A stretch of 64,000 nt of DNA from Chrysomallon squamiferum (Eukaryota; Animalia; Mollusca): contig CM022665.1 of the NCBI GenBank assembly GCA_012295275.1, positions 20,088,001 through 20,152,000 of the forward strand. The letters run 5' to 3'. Position 1 is the stretch's first letter, and each line of letters starts with the position of its first letter. A program made the translations under genes and the position numbers. The notes below the pieces were generated by a model. It did not search any database. It saw only the letters and a list, made by a program, of their open reading frames with translations, and had not been told where the DNA came from. Below are positions 52,212 to 64,000 of the stretch, in pieces.

Positions 52212-53025
52212 CAGCCGGCCTATCCAATCTTTTTCTTTCGAAAGCATTTTAGCTATATAACTTTTCACGTAATCTAACGTTCACTGTCAAACACGTTCTC
52301 AGACAAATAAACATACATAGTCACAGACAAACATACAGACACATAGAAATACAAATACACAGTCACACACAAACACATACTCTGACAAATACACATATAT
52401 ACAGAACAAAAAATAAAGACACATACAAACGCACATGCAACATATACACAAACACGTACAGAAACAAACACACATACACACAGAGACAAACTTAGACACA
52501 AACACGCATGCATAGAGAAACCCACAAACATTCAGAGATAATCACATAAATAAATAAATACACCGTTAAATATACACATACACAACAAACACACACACAC
52601 ATATACAGACACACAAAGATATCCAGACACACAAACACAGATGCACACACTTTAAAACAACAAACATTGTAAATGAAAAAACGCGAAGAAAACAAACAAA
52701 AAATAAAAGTGGCTATTTAAATAAATAAACAAAAAAGTAAAATGAGATGCAAATAAAGAAGGAATATTTCCAAACTCTTATACTTAAATGAAGTATTATC
52801 TAAGTATTGATCCAGTCACGTGTATTATTCATATGTGTATGTTTGCTCACAAATAGTTTAATTACTGATATTTTAATCCTAGAAACACAAATTAAGATAT
52901 TTTAATAATTTTTTCCTTTGTTCTTTTTGGAATATACTGAACACTGTGATATTTTAATTTTACATAAAGAAATACTAAAAACCTGCTTCCAAACAAAAGA
53001 AACACTGACCATACATATGTATACA

Positions 53026-53133
<108 letters not shown>

Positions 53134-53445
53134 GCACTCAGGCAGACATATGTACTTACTTTTACACAGGTTCACAATTTATATTCTTTTTAAAACAATA
53201 CACTCGTAATACCCATGCAGATATTTATAAAAACTCTCACAGACACACATAATTACAATTATAAGTCCATACATGGACAAAACACAATTTGATGCAACAT
53301 TTTATACGCTGTTTATTTCTATTTAAAATGTTAAAGCGACTATTTAATGTTCACTATTGATCAGTTTATTAAAGTATTAAACTTACCTGAATATAAACAG
53401 ATAATTAAATTAAAACAAATAATGTGACACATCAGTTCTCCTTTA

Positions 53446-53488
<43 letters not shown>

Positions 53489-54276
53489 AACAGAAGAAAA
53501 TGAAAAAACGCTATAATTAAATAAGAGATAAATATTGTAAGAAACGTGAAAATGTGTGACAAATCTCATCCTCGTTTCGACACACGTTAAATTTATGTTG
53601 TACAAATGTGTATTATAATGTTTGTGTACTTGCTTTCTCTAATAAAATGTGAGTTTCTTATATATCAAACTCTTATGATTTGTTACATTTGTCAGTTATC
53701 TGATGATTACATTTTGAACTACAATTTTAAACATATTCTGCAAGTAAACAAATTATATTTTTAATGGTACTGTCCTATGTATCTGTAATCACGACTAAGT
53801 TATCCTACCTACAGTACTGTTTATCAAGAGTCCTGTTTAACCTATTCACATGAACCCTATCCTATTTACATTCACATGAACCATATCCTATTTACATTCA
53901 CTTGAACCCTATCCTATTTACATTGATATGAACCCTATCCTATTTACATGCACATGACTCCTATCCTATTTACATTCATATGAACCCTGTCCTATTAAAT
54001 ATTTGTTTCTGATACTACGGCTATATGTGTAATATTTTAATTTTATATTAAAAATAAAGAAAAAAAAGAAGGAAAGAACCACCCACCTTATACTCTCACT
54101 TTGTCTGTCTCTTTCTCTCACATATAGACATGAACATGGACAGAGACACAGAAACACATTAAACATATACATGTCGTCTTAAACAAAAATACTTTCATAA
54201 TACCCACGCAAATATTCATAAAAAATCTCCACGACAAACTTAATTACAACACAAAAATTAATTTATTTACAAAGTG

Positions 54277-54545
54277 TAATCTATCCTATCTTCAGTCATG
54301 TATAATCTATCCTATCTTCAGTCATGTGTAATCTATCCTATCTTCATTATGTGTAATCTATCCTATCTTCAGTCATGTATAATCTATCCTATCTTCAGTC
54401 ATGTATAATCTATCCTATCTTCAGTCATTTGTAATCTATCCTATCTTCAGTCATGTGTAATCTATCCTATCTTCAGTCATGTGTAATCTATCCTATCTTC
54501 AGTCATGTGTAATCTATCCTATCTTCAGTCATGTGCAACCGATCC
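54277..54545 (+). repeat. 26-bp minisatellite, about 10 copies (taatctatcctatcttcagtcatgtg)
   Basis: Period 26. Shares the tatcctat core with arrays at 31490-31600, 33510-35040, 53840-53995 and 55270-55510. Confidence 0.9.
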
Positions 54546-54884
54546 TATCTACAAACCTATATAATTTACCCTATCAAAATTATGTCTAGCATATCTTATC
54601 TTATTTATAATCCATCCTATCTACAGTGTTATGTAACCTACCTACAGTATTGTGTAATCTATCTTATCTACAGTCCTGTCTAAGTTATAATCCTATAATT
54701 TATATTATAAAATATTTACGACTGCATCAGTTTGAAAACAAAGTCTACCAATTTGATGTAAAGTGTTAGATTTACTACACTTCATGCTATAGATCTCATT
54801 ATTAGTATTTGGAAAAAAAAAAAAAAAAAAGAACAAAACAAATTATTTCTTGTTTGTAAAGATTTCACAATGTCAGAAATACTT

Positions 54885-55130
54885 AAATTTTTCATTATTG
54901 ATATTTTCCCAGAAAACCGACATCTCCATGGTGATAAATTCTTATTTAGTACAACACAAAACTGCAAGCAGAACTGTGCATAAAGCTTAGTGCATTAGTA
55001 AAATGTTTGGGCTTTTTGGGGTTGTCTTTTTTTGTCGCTAATTCACGATTTCAGACACTGTGGTGCAGGCAGATACGCCTACGAAAACAGAAAATCCTCG
55101 GGATCAGAATATTGTAGGACTGGATGCTCT
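54885..55130 (+). promoter_or_regulatory. Orphan remnant of the receptor upstream/5'UTR block with no coding exon
   Basis: tcattattgatatt...ccatggtgataaatt and gcctacgaaaacagaaaatcctcgggatcaga match A at 11508-11830. The match stops before the ATG. Confidence 0.65.
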
Positions 55131-55798
55131 ACAGTAAATAAATAAACGGATAAAGGAATGGGGGAAAATAACAATAAATAAATACATAAATAAATAAATA
55201 AAAATACATTTTTAAAAACATCAAGAAAAAAAAAAGTGCAAGAATGCCTATAAACATACAGTTGATCCAGTATGATCTATCCTGTCTATATTCCTCTGTA
55301 ACCTATCCTATTTAACTTATCATATCCAAAGTACTCCATAACTTATCCTACCCAAAATCCTATATAACAGTCCTGTTAAATATATCTTATATAAAATCCT
55401 ATATAAAATATCCTATCAACAGTTCTGTGTAACATATCCTATCTGAAATCCTGTATAACTAATCATATCAACATTACTGCGCAATCTATCCTATCTATAA
55501 TTTATAATCCTATAAACTATATCATCAAATTGATTTTTATTTCTTGTTTGTAGGTGCAGTGACGTTGTACTGTTAGTAACCTGCATTTCTGTTTCGTTTA
55601 TTATCACTCTTTCGGCAAATCATTTTGCACAGAGAAATCTGCATAAAGCTTGGCTTTATATATTACTAAACTTTTTTAAACTCCCAGATATCAGTCACTA
55701 TGGTGATCAATCAAAATGACATAGTGGTCACATTTAGGGACCGGCGCCTACGAAGACAGATAATTCTAGGATTCGTGCAGTACGACTGACTTCTAGTC

Positions 55799-56561
55799 AT
55801 GTCTAGTCGCGATTTTAAAAACCTATACCTGCTTCTAGCCATGCTGTGGACTACTTGTTCTGTGTCAGCTGGTAAGTATACTAATATGTTTTTCACCTTT
55901 CAACATTCAACAACTACATATTAACATAATCTCTTCGTGAAGTTTAGAATGTTAGTGTATTTTTGTTTAAGAAAACATAATTATTATTACAAAAGGATCC
56001 ATTCACTATACACGTACACATACCCCTCTCTCTCTCTCGCTCACATACATGCAAAAATACACTTTCACATACGAAAATATCTTCTCAAAAATGCTCTCAT
56101 AACACACAACTCTCAAATGAATAAATATATTATCCCATACGAAGACGAACACTTATAGTCATATATGCACCAAATGCAGTGTGACACTCTATTTATTTCT
56201 ATTTTGAACGTTCGTTATTGATAAATTAATGAAAATATGAAACTTGCATGAATATTAACAGCTAATTAAATTAAAAGTAATACTGAACTTACCTAGTCGT
56301 ATTTCATAATAAATAAATTCATAAAAACATTCATAAAAAAAAAAAAAAAAAAAAAAAGAAAGAAAGAAACAGACAAACAACAACAATCAACAAACAAACA
56401 AACAAATTAATTAATCAATCAGTCAATATGTTTCTACTATTTCAGATGGTGCATGTCAAACTGGTTCATTTCCACGTACGTATTACTAAATTACGTTACA
56501 CAAAGACGGTTTAAAATGTACGTTCCACAATCCTATATTACAAACTAATACTAACTCACAC

Positions 56562-56604
<43 letters not shown>

Positions 56605-57660
56605 TATAGATATAGATAGATAGATATATTGTGTTACGAGTTCTACGACTACTACTATTGCTCCTGCTTCTGCTACAACTACTTTCACTACTGCAACTAC
56701 TGTTACTACAAATAGCACTATTTACTGTTAGTACTGCTACTACTACTACTGTCAGAACGACTTCTATTAATGTCATAAAATTAAATCTGTATGAATTTCA
56801 CGAGTAATCAGACAGAAAATGTTTAAATTGTTGACCTGTTGTCCAGCATCAGATCCGCGCACTCTTCACTTAGTTTCTTGGAATTCATGACTCACATATC
56901 ACTTTGTCACCTGAGTACCGTACACATACTACTATTACTATAACGACTACTACCACTACCTATCTCACTTCTGCAACCAACACTACTACTAGTAGTAAAC
57001 TGGAATCCTTTAATCACATCTTGATTTTTCATCTCTATAATATTTACGTACAGTCAACTGTACTACTGCTACTAATACTACTACCATTACAGCTACAACA
57101 ACAACAACAACTATTACCGCTATAACTCTTCATCTAGTATAGTGGAAATCTTTTGTCTAATATTTTTCTCCTGTCTCCTGTCTTCACTGGTACTAATTAG
57201 TAGTACTACTACTACTTCTACTAATATTAATATTACAACTGATATCATGAAAACTACTACTGTTTTTACTGGACAGCCCCGCCTCAGCGTGCCCCCCCCT
57301 TGTCAAATGCACGTGTGTCATCAGATAAGCTGACAATCATGGCGTGCAGGAGAAAAATCCATACCACAATAAAATTCATGTTAAAGAAAATCTTCGACAT
57401 TTGTCAACAAATATAAAAAAAAAAAAAGGGTGAAAAAGGATGAACATGTTTCTTGCAAAAAAGATGTTAACTGCTAACATATATCAATTCTTTTCGTGAA
57501 CAGGAATTTCGCATTACACGCATAGAATTTTGTTAACGTGAGGTCTGAAATTTCTACAAAGCTACAACGTTCTTAACTTGTTTCTTCTCATGTCTTTTTT
57601 CATTAAATCTCTTATTTAATTTCTCGGTGTCCTTCCAGGCATGAAACTTGTGTCCCCCCC

Positions 57661-57703
<43 letters not shown>

Positions 57704-57909
57704 AATTATCAATTCCAAGTCGAATATAAAATCGGCAGAAATGGAAAATAGCATAACAGGGGAAACAACTCCATCGTTATTTGAAAACAGTCAGTTTCCA
57801 CCACAAAGTACGAGTAAAGAACATTTCTGGGATTAGGCAGAACTACAAATAATTTATTTTTATTAACTACAGATAATTAGGTAAATAAAATATGTAAATA
57901 TATCTGATC

Positions 57910-57952
<43 letters not shown>

Positions 57953-58154
57953 CAGACAAATACAGATAGACAGACAGACAGAAAACTGTAAATGAAGAAA
58001 AAGGGGAAAAAAGACACTGCATAATTTCACGTTGTTTTTTATAAATACATACTTTGTTCTGATATTTCCAGTTATGACCATAACTGTTGCTGCTGGTATC
58101 GTTGTGATCGCTGCAGTTATCCTCGCCGTGATGTTCTACAGGTCAAGAAACTAA
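55799..58154 (+). pseudogene. Copy G: disrupted receptor gene (exons 1, 2 and 5 intact; exons 3 and 4 degenerate)
   Basis: Exon 1 at 55799-55871 (MSSRDFKNLYLLLAMLWTTCSVSA) and exon 2 at 56446-56475. An exon-3 scrap at about 57262-57344 has no acceptor. Exon 4 (from 57639) is broken by a C/A homopolymer and has lost its donor. The TM exon 58072-58154 ends FYRSRN*. Confidence 0.8.
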
Positions 58155-58492
58155 ACGTATATACAGCTGAAGACGTCTGCACCTTACACTGATTCCTGTG
58201 CCAGCATCAGTCTATGTACACAACGTATTAAACTATCATATCATAACATTTTTTCATTTTATTTATTTATTTATTTATGTATTTCTTTGTTTGCTGGTTC
58301 GTTTGTTTGTTTGTTTGTTGGTTGGTTGGTGCTTGGTTTTTTAATTTAGTTAGTTATTTGTTTCTTTCTTGGTGTTTCGTTAGTTAGTTTGTTTTGTTTG
58401 TTTGTGTTTGTTTATTTGTTTATTAAAGACATAAAAACTAGAAATGGTTTGAATAAGAGAGAAGGAAAAGAAAAACAGAGGCTAACAGAGAG

Positions 58493-58495
<3 letters not shown>

Positions 58496-58577
<82 letters not shown>

Positions 58578-58756
58578 CAGAATGAGAGAGAAAGAGAGAG
58601 AGACAGGCAGAATGAGAGAGAGAGATAGATAGAGAGAGAGAGAGAGAGAGAGGGGGAGAATGAGAGAGAGAGCGAGAGAGAGAGAGACAGGCAGAAAATG
58701 AGAGAGAGAGAAAGAGAGAGACAGAGAGAGAGAGAGGGAGAGAGAGAGACAGGGAG

Positions 58757-58855
<99 letters not shown>

Positions 58856-59082
58856 ATTTTTAACAAAGTACACCAAAGAAAAACTGAACACAAGCAACTG
58901 TTACGGCTGATCTGCGCTGGAAACTTTCTGTCACGGATCACGTCACACTCTGATGTCAAAGTTTACAATATAATCTGTGAGAGTAAAACACAACACGGAT
59001 TTTCTTTACTTTACTGTACCCGAGTCTCAAACTATGATTTGACGTAGTTAAATTATAAATAAACTTTGCAGAGAAAGAGGGT

Positions 59083-59180
<98 letters not shown>
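58496..59180. repeat. Compound (AG)n microsatellites
   Basis: Directly visible. Confidence 0.9.
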
Positions 59181-59181
<1 letters not shown>

Positions 59182-59851
59182 AGAGATATAGAAAGAAAGA
59201 GACAGAGAGAGATGGATAGACACACATACACACATACACACACACAGACATACATACATACACAGAGATAGAGTGAAAGACAGATGCAGAGTAAGAGGGA
59301 GCGACATTGAGAAAAAGCTACAGAGAGAAACACAGGCAGACAGACAGAAAGAGATATATACAGAGAGACATGCACCCACACGGAGAGAGAGACAGCCTGT
59401 GAGAGCGATACAGAGGGAGAAGAGAGAGAACGAGAGAGATATTCTACATATGAAATAGTTATTTTATAAAACTGTACTTTACACATGAAATAGCTATATT
59501 ATGAACCACGACATGTCACGTGTCGTACTTGATTTGTCGGATTATTACTAAATAAAACTGTGAACTGAGTGAAACTCTTGTGACTGATATGTCGGGTATG
59601 TGTGCTATGCTGATGATATGTCTTTTTACAGTATTAAAAAGCGTCTTCTTTTTGTATTTCTCATTGTATCTACCCCATTAGGCACTGTTTGTGTAAAAAC
59701 CGGTTTGGATTCAGTGACATTTAGTGGAATGACAATGTTAGCTGCAGACTGTAACCTAAAACTGTTATGTATTATAACAGATAGAGTCATTTAATAATAA
59801 ATTTAGCATGATGTGTGAATATACGTGTGTATGTATGTGTGTATGTGTGTC

Positions 59852-59888
<37 letters not shown>

Positions 59889-60135
59889 CGTTGTATTTTC
59901 TGCCTTCTTGTCTCACCGTTCGTCCTTATGTCAAACATATACTACTTATACATGTGATGAATCAGTCTGTTGTTGTTGTTATTTGGTGGAGTTGTTTCTT
60001 TTTTTTTTCCTTTTTTTTGCGATTGAATTTTTTTTTTTTTTTTATTATTTTTTTTTTTTTTTTTTTTTATTTTTTTATTTTTTTTGTGGGGGTGGATGAC
60101 AGTGGGAGATGGAAACTAACTAATTAACTAACAAA

Positions 60136-60186
<51 letters not shown>

Positions 60187-60815
60187 GTAAATAAGTAAAT
60201 AAATATTTATGTAAGTAAAACAACAACAACAAACAAAGAAACAAAACAATAAATAAATATATATAAATAAATAAATAAATAAATAAATAATCAAATAAAC
60301 AAACAAAAAACAAAAACAAATAAATAAATAAATATAGCACACGCGAGGACTACATTTACCTAATTAACCCTCGTGTTGTACCCGAGGCGACTAGGACGAC
60401 CGTGCTCGGTGAAAGAAATGCACGCTTGGCAGACTCTGAAAGGGTTCAAACACTAGGAACCTGTTTTGCTGGTGGAAGAATAAAAATAAACTAGAAAGAA
60501 AAAAAAATATATTTCTAATAAACACGCCTAAAGAATGTCACCGACAACAATTGAAATCTAACTATTAAATGTGTGTACCCGGCTGTCTGCTTTTGCTTGA
60601 GCATCACTCCTCAGTTTTTGTCTGTTGAAATCACATTTCTGTTTTCACTGACTTCAACCACCTTCGTTTCGGAAGTCTTCATTCGATCAGAAATTCGGAT
60701 ATCGCAGAATAAACCACGTCACGAACAGTGAAGTTTTAACGTCATTTTCTTCTTCTGTTTTTTTTTTTTGTTTGTTTTTTGTTTTTCCCGTGACGTTTAT
60801 TTCTAAATCGGGAAG

Positions 60816-61595
60816 ATGTTTCTACTCGGCAGTCTGTTTATCTGGCTTAACTCAGGTAAGAAATAAATAAAATATCTATTAATAAACTAGACTAACAGTT
60901 CTAAAAGATTTCTACAGACAAAACGTTTTTGTTTACCTGCGACTAACGCAGGTCAGTGTGTTTCAGCACGCATAGACAACAGTCACCTTGAAATATTTGT
61001 TACAAACACTATATTAACTTGTCCAGGCAGTCAGTTTGAATTTGTTTATTAAGTTATTTATTTATTTAGTAAGTATCTGAGTAAATCAATAAATAAATAC
61101 GTGTCCAAACTGACTTACTAATAAATTATTTCATTTATTTTTATTTTTTTATTTTTTTTTCCTCTGTTGTACAGTATTAAGAAAATGTTTAAGTGACATT
61201 TCCAGTGTTCTCACAAAAGCAGTAAAAAACACTGCACTGACTTTAGAGTCACGTGATGAAATCAGAAACTAAATGACTCACTCAGCAGTGAGATTGAAGA
61301 CAACGCTCACAAGTGAAACCTCTGTAAATATCAACGCAGGCTGGTTTCATGTTTCCATTTGCATGTATTTACAATAACGTTAAGGATCCTAGTCTATCAC
61401 AGTTATAGAAAAAGATAATGTGATATATGACATAGTGGTAACAGAAATATGGAGTGTAATACATGACACCGCGGTAACAGAAAAAGAACTGATTGATGAT
61501 ATATCGATAACAGAAATAGATAATGTGATAAATGACATAGCCAGCGTACGGAGATTATAAACACATTATACAAATATTTAAAACGCACTCACACA

Positions 61596-61631
<36 letters not shown>

Positions 61632-62353
61632 TACACACACATATATATACAGACGTGTATGCATACATAAAAATATTAAAATATTCAGATCCTAAAATAC
61701 ACAAATACATGTGTGTGTTCTTGTGCGTGTGCGTATGTCTGCATGTGCGAGCGTTTGAATCATTGATTTCCATTTAAATGAGATGATCAGTCTCTGATGA
61801 CACGCCCTGCATCTTACTAACTATTTTACATTGAAATACTTTTTTTTTTTTTTTTTTTTTTCTCTTTGAAGTTTCCCTGTATCATTTTTAAATACACATT
61901 CTTTGTTATGGAAGGGTGTGGGTTATCACTTTCCATTTAATCTACATTAACGCTCATACTGCATGAGTGACTGTGTTGAAAAACTCTTACCACACCACTG
62001 ACTACACGAATATGACGTCAGATGTTATCTATCAGGTTTGAAAATCTTTTGTGTTGGAGATTTAGTTATTCAGGGGCAAGTGATGAAGATAACTGACACA
62101 GATTCACGTTTATGTATGTGTGTATATAATATATAATATATATCAATACACTTAAAATTCATGTAGTAATGAAAGCACTAACAGCGTCCTGTATCCGTCA
62201 AAATAACACAATACCGAAAACAGCGAATGAAAAGCCATATACACACTGAAAAATATAATCATTATGGTTTTATCCTAGAGTATTTTCTAAATTTTGAAGA
62301 GCTATTATTTATTTATTTATTTATTTATTTATTATCATTATCACTGTCAGTTA

Positions 62354-62398
<45 letters not shown>

Positions 62399-64000
62399 CA
62401 ATAGATGTTTTATAAATATCTGAAATAAATGTAATATAACTTCTATCATAAACATTACTAATGTTGCTACAATTACAACTACCACTACGTCTTATACTAC
62501 TAGTACACCACCAGCCTACAACTATTATTAAGATTATTATTAGCTCATACTACTACTACCACTACTGCTACTAACACAATAACTATAACTACCATTATTA
62601 TTACTGTTGCTATTGCTGCCCACTACTATTACCTCTTCAAATAAATATCTGAACTATTACTAGTACTATTACTGCTAAATTAATTACTAATATTATAACT
62701 GCTATACCAAAAATGCTACTACTAAAACTGGTACTACATTTTCGACAAGATGATTAATGTTATGATTATTATTACTACTACCATCACTAATATAAATACT
62801 ATCTCGGCTACTATTTCTGCTGCTAATAATACTGCTTCAACTACCTCAACAATTACTACTATTTTTATTACTACCACTACTTTTGCTACTATTACTACCA
62901 TTAGTTATTGCTGTTATTGCTATGGTTGTTGCTGCTACAACTATTACTATTGCTACTGCTATTGCTATTACTACTACTACTACTACTACGACAACAATAA
63001 CTATTACTGCTACTACTACGACCACTCCTACAATTTCTATTATTATTGATACTGCTGGTACTACTACTACTGCTTCTACAGCTTTTATTGGTAGAACTAT
63101 TACTACCGCTGTTAGTGTTCCCACAGTTGCTGTTGCGGCAATAACAACCACAAAACAACTACAACTACAACTACTACTACTTCTACTACCACTAATTCCA
63201 AAATTACTGTGTTTATTTTTCAGTTTACATCGTCAGAACTATTTGCCCTAATGATGGCATTCCAGGTGAGCTTTTTAATTAAATCTGTTAAATGACTTCT
63301 GTTCGCTGTAAATATTTATTATTATTATTATTATTATTTTATTATTATTATTATTTTTCCCCCATTTTTGTTTCTTGTAAACGTTTACATTATTGTTATT
63401 TTTGTAAACATTTAAATTTCAGGCGGCTGTCTTTATTATTTTTTTTATTATTATTATTTTTTTTTCTTTCTTCTGAACGTTTTTGCTGTTGTTATTTCTG
63501 TAAATATTTAAATTAGTGTTGTTGTTGTTTTTTTTTTTTTTTTGGGGGTTGTAAACGTTTATATTATTGTTATTTTTGAAAACATTTAAATGAGTTATTT
63601 TTAAATTGTAAACGTTTACATCATTGCTATTTCCAGTTGTTAACCTGTGTCAGTTAAACTATAAAACTGCAACAGAAGTGTACGTTGACGGTAAATCCAT
63701 GCAGAGTTACGTCACTGACTGCACGTGTACCGTACTTCCCGTGAGACAGCAGAGAATGACGTACACGTCAAAGACCCCTCAACAGGCCAGTGTAAATTGC
63801 TCTGACGTAACATTTACCATCGACACTCCACCGACAGGACAAGTGACGTGGAACTGTTCTACAAATGGCTTCCCTACAAGCGTCTCTAACATCACAACAA
63901 CGTCTCCATGGAAACTTCGATTAGCGAAAACTGCTTCCGGTCAAACACTAACAACAGATATTGACACAGGCTATTGTCTAAAACTCACTTCTTATGATGC
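60816..64000 (+). CDS. Copy I: divergent paralogue of the receptor family, 5' part (runs off the window)
   Basis: Exons 60816-60855 (MFLLGSLFIWLNS, cag|gtaaga), 63224-63265 (VYIVRTICPNDGIP, cag|gtgagc) and 63637 to beyond 64000 (VVNLC...DCTC...NC...WNC...GYCLKL). All are phase 1 with no stops. The exon 1 assignment is the least certain part. Confidence 0.75.

Noticed and set aside
60364-60449. piggyBac-like mini element (ttaaccct...agggttcaa)
   Set aside because: Only about 6 bp of inverted match, an imperfect TTAA and a single copy in the window; not supportable.

Overview
AT-rich, microsatellite-dense animal genomic DNA with GT-AG introns. The protein types suggest a lophotrochozoan such as a mollusc, but that is inference. 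Almost all ORFs in the supplied track are simple-repeat artefacts. Real content: (1) the terminal exon (179-1497, +) of a secreted protein with seven six-Cys pacifastin/VWC-like modules and an acidic (DNEPDTNT)n insert; (2) a possible small two-exon gene near 5.0-5.5 kb; (3) from about 11.5 kb to the window end, a tandem and inverted cluster of at least nine copies (labelled A-I here) of a type-I membrane protein family I cannot name. I rebuilt these genes by hand from splice sites: signal-peptide exon, 30-42 nt Cys micro-exon, about 107-aa six-Cys CUB-like domain exon, variable Ser/Thr stalk exon, TM exon and optional Tyr-bearing tail exons. Copy A is complete with a tail. C and E are open but read through to a stop soon after the TM. 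I is a distant paralogue cut by the window end. B, D, F, G and H are disrupted. The cluster is built from nested inverted duplications flanked by 26-bp and 22-bp minisatellites, and shows mosaic copies and variable ectodomain patches. This resembles a birth-and-death immune or recognition receptor locus with signalling and decoy members. A Tigger/pogo remnant and a hAT-like MITE are also present. No database searches were possible.
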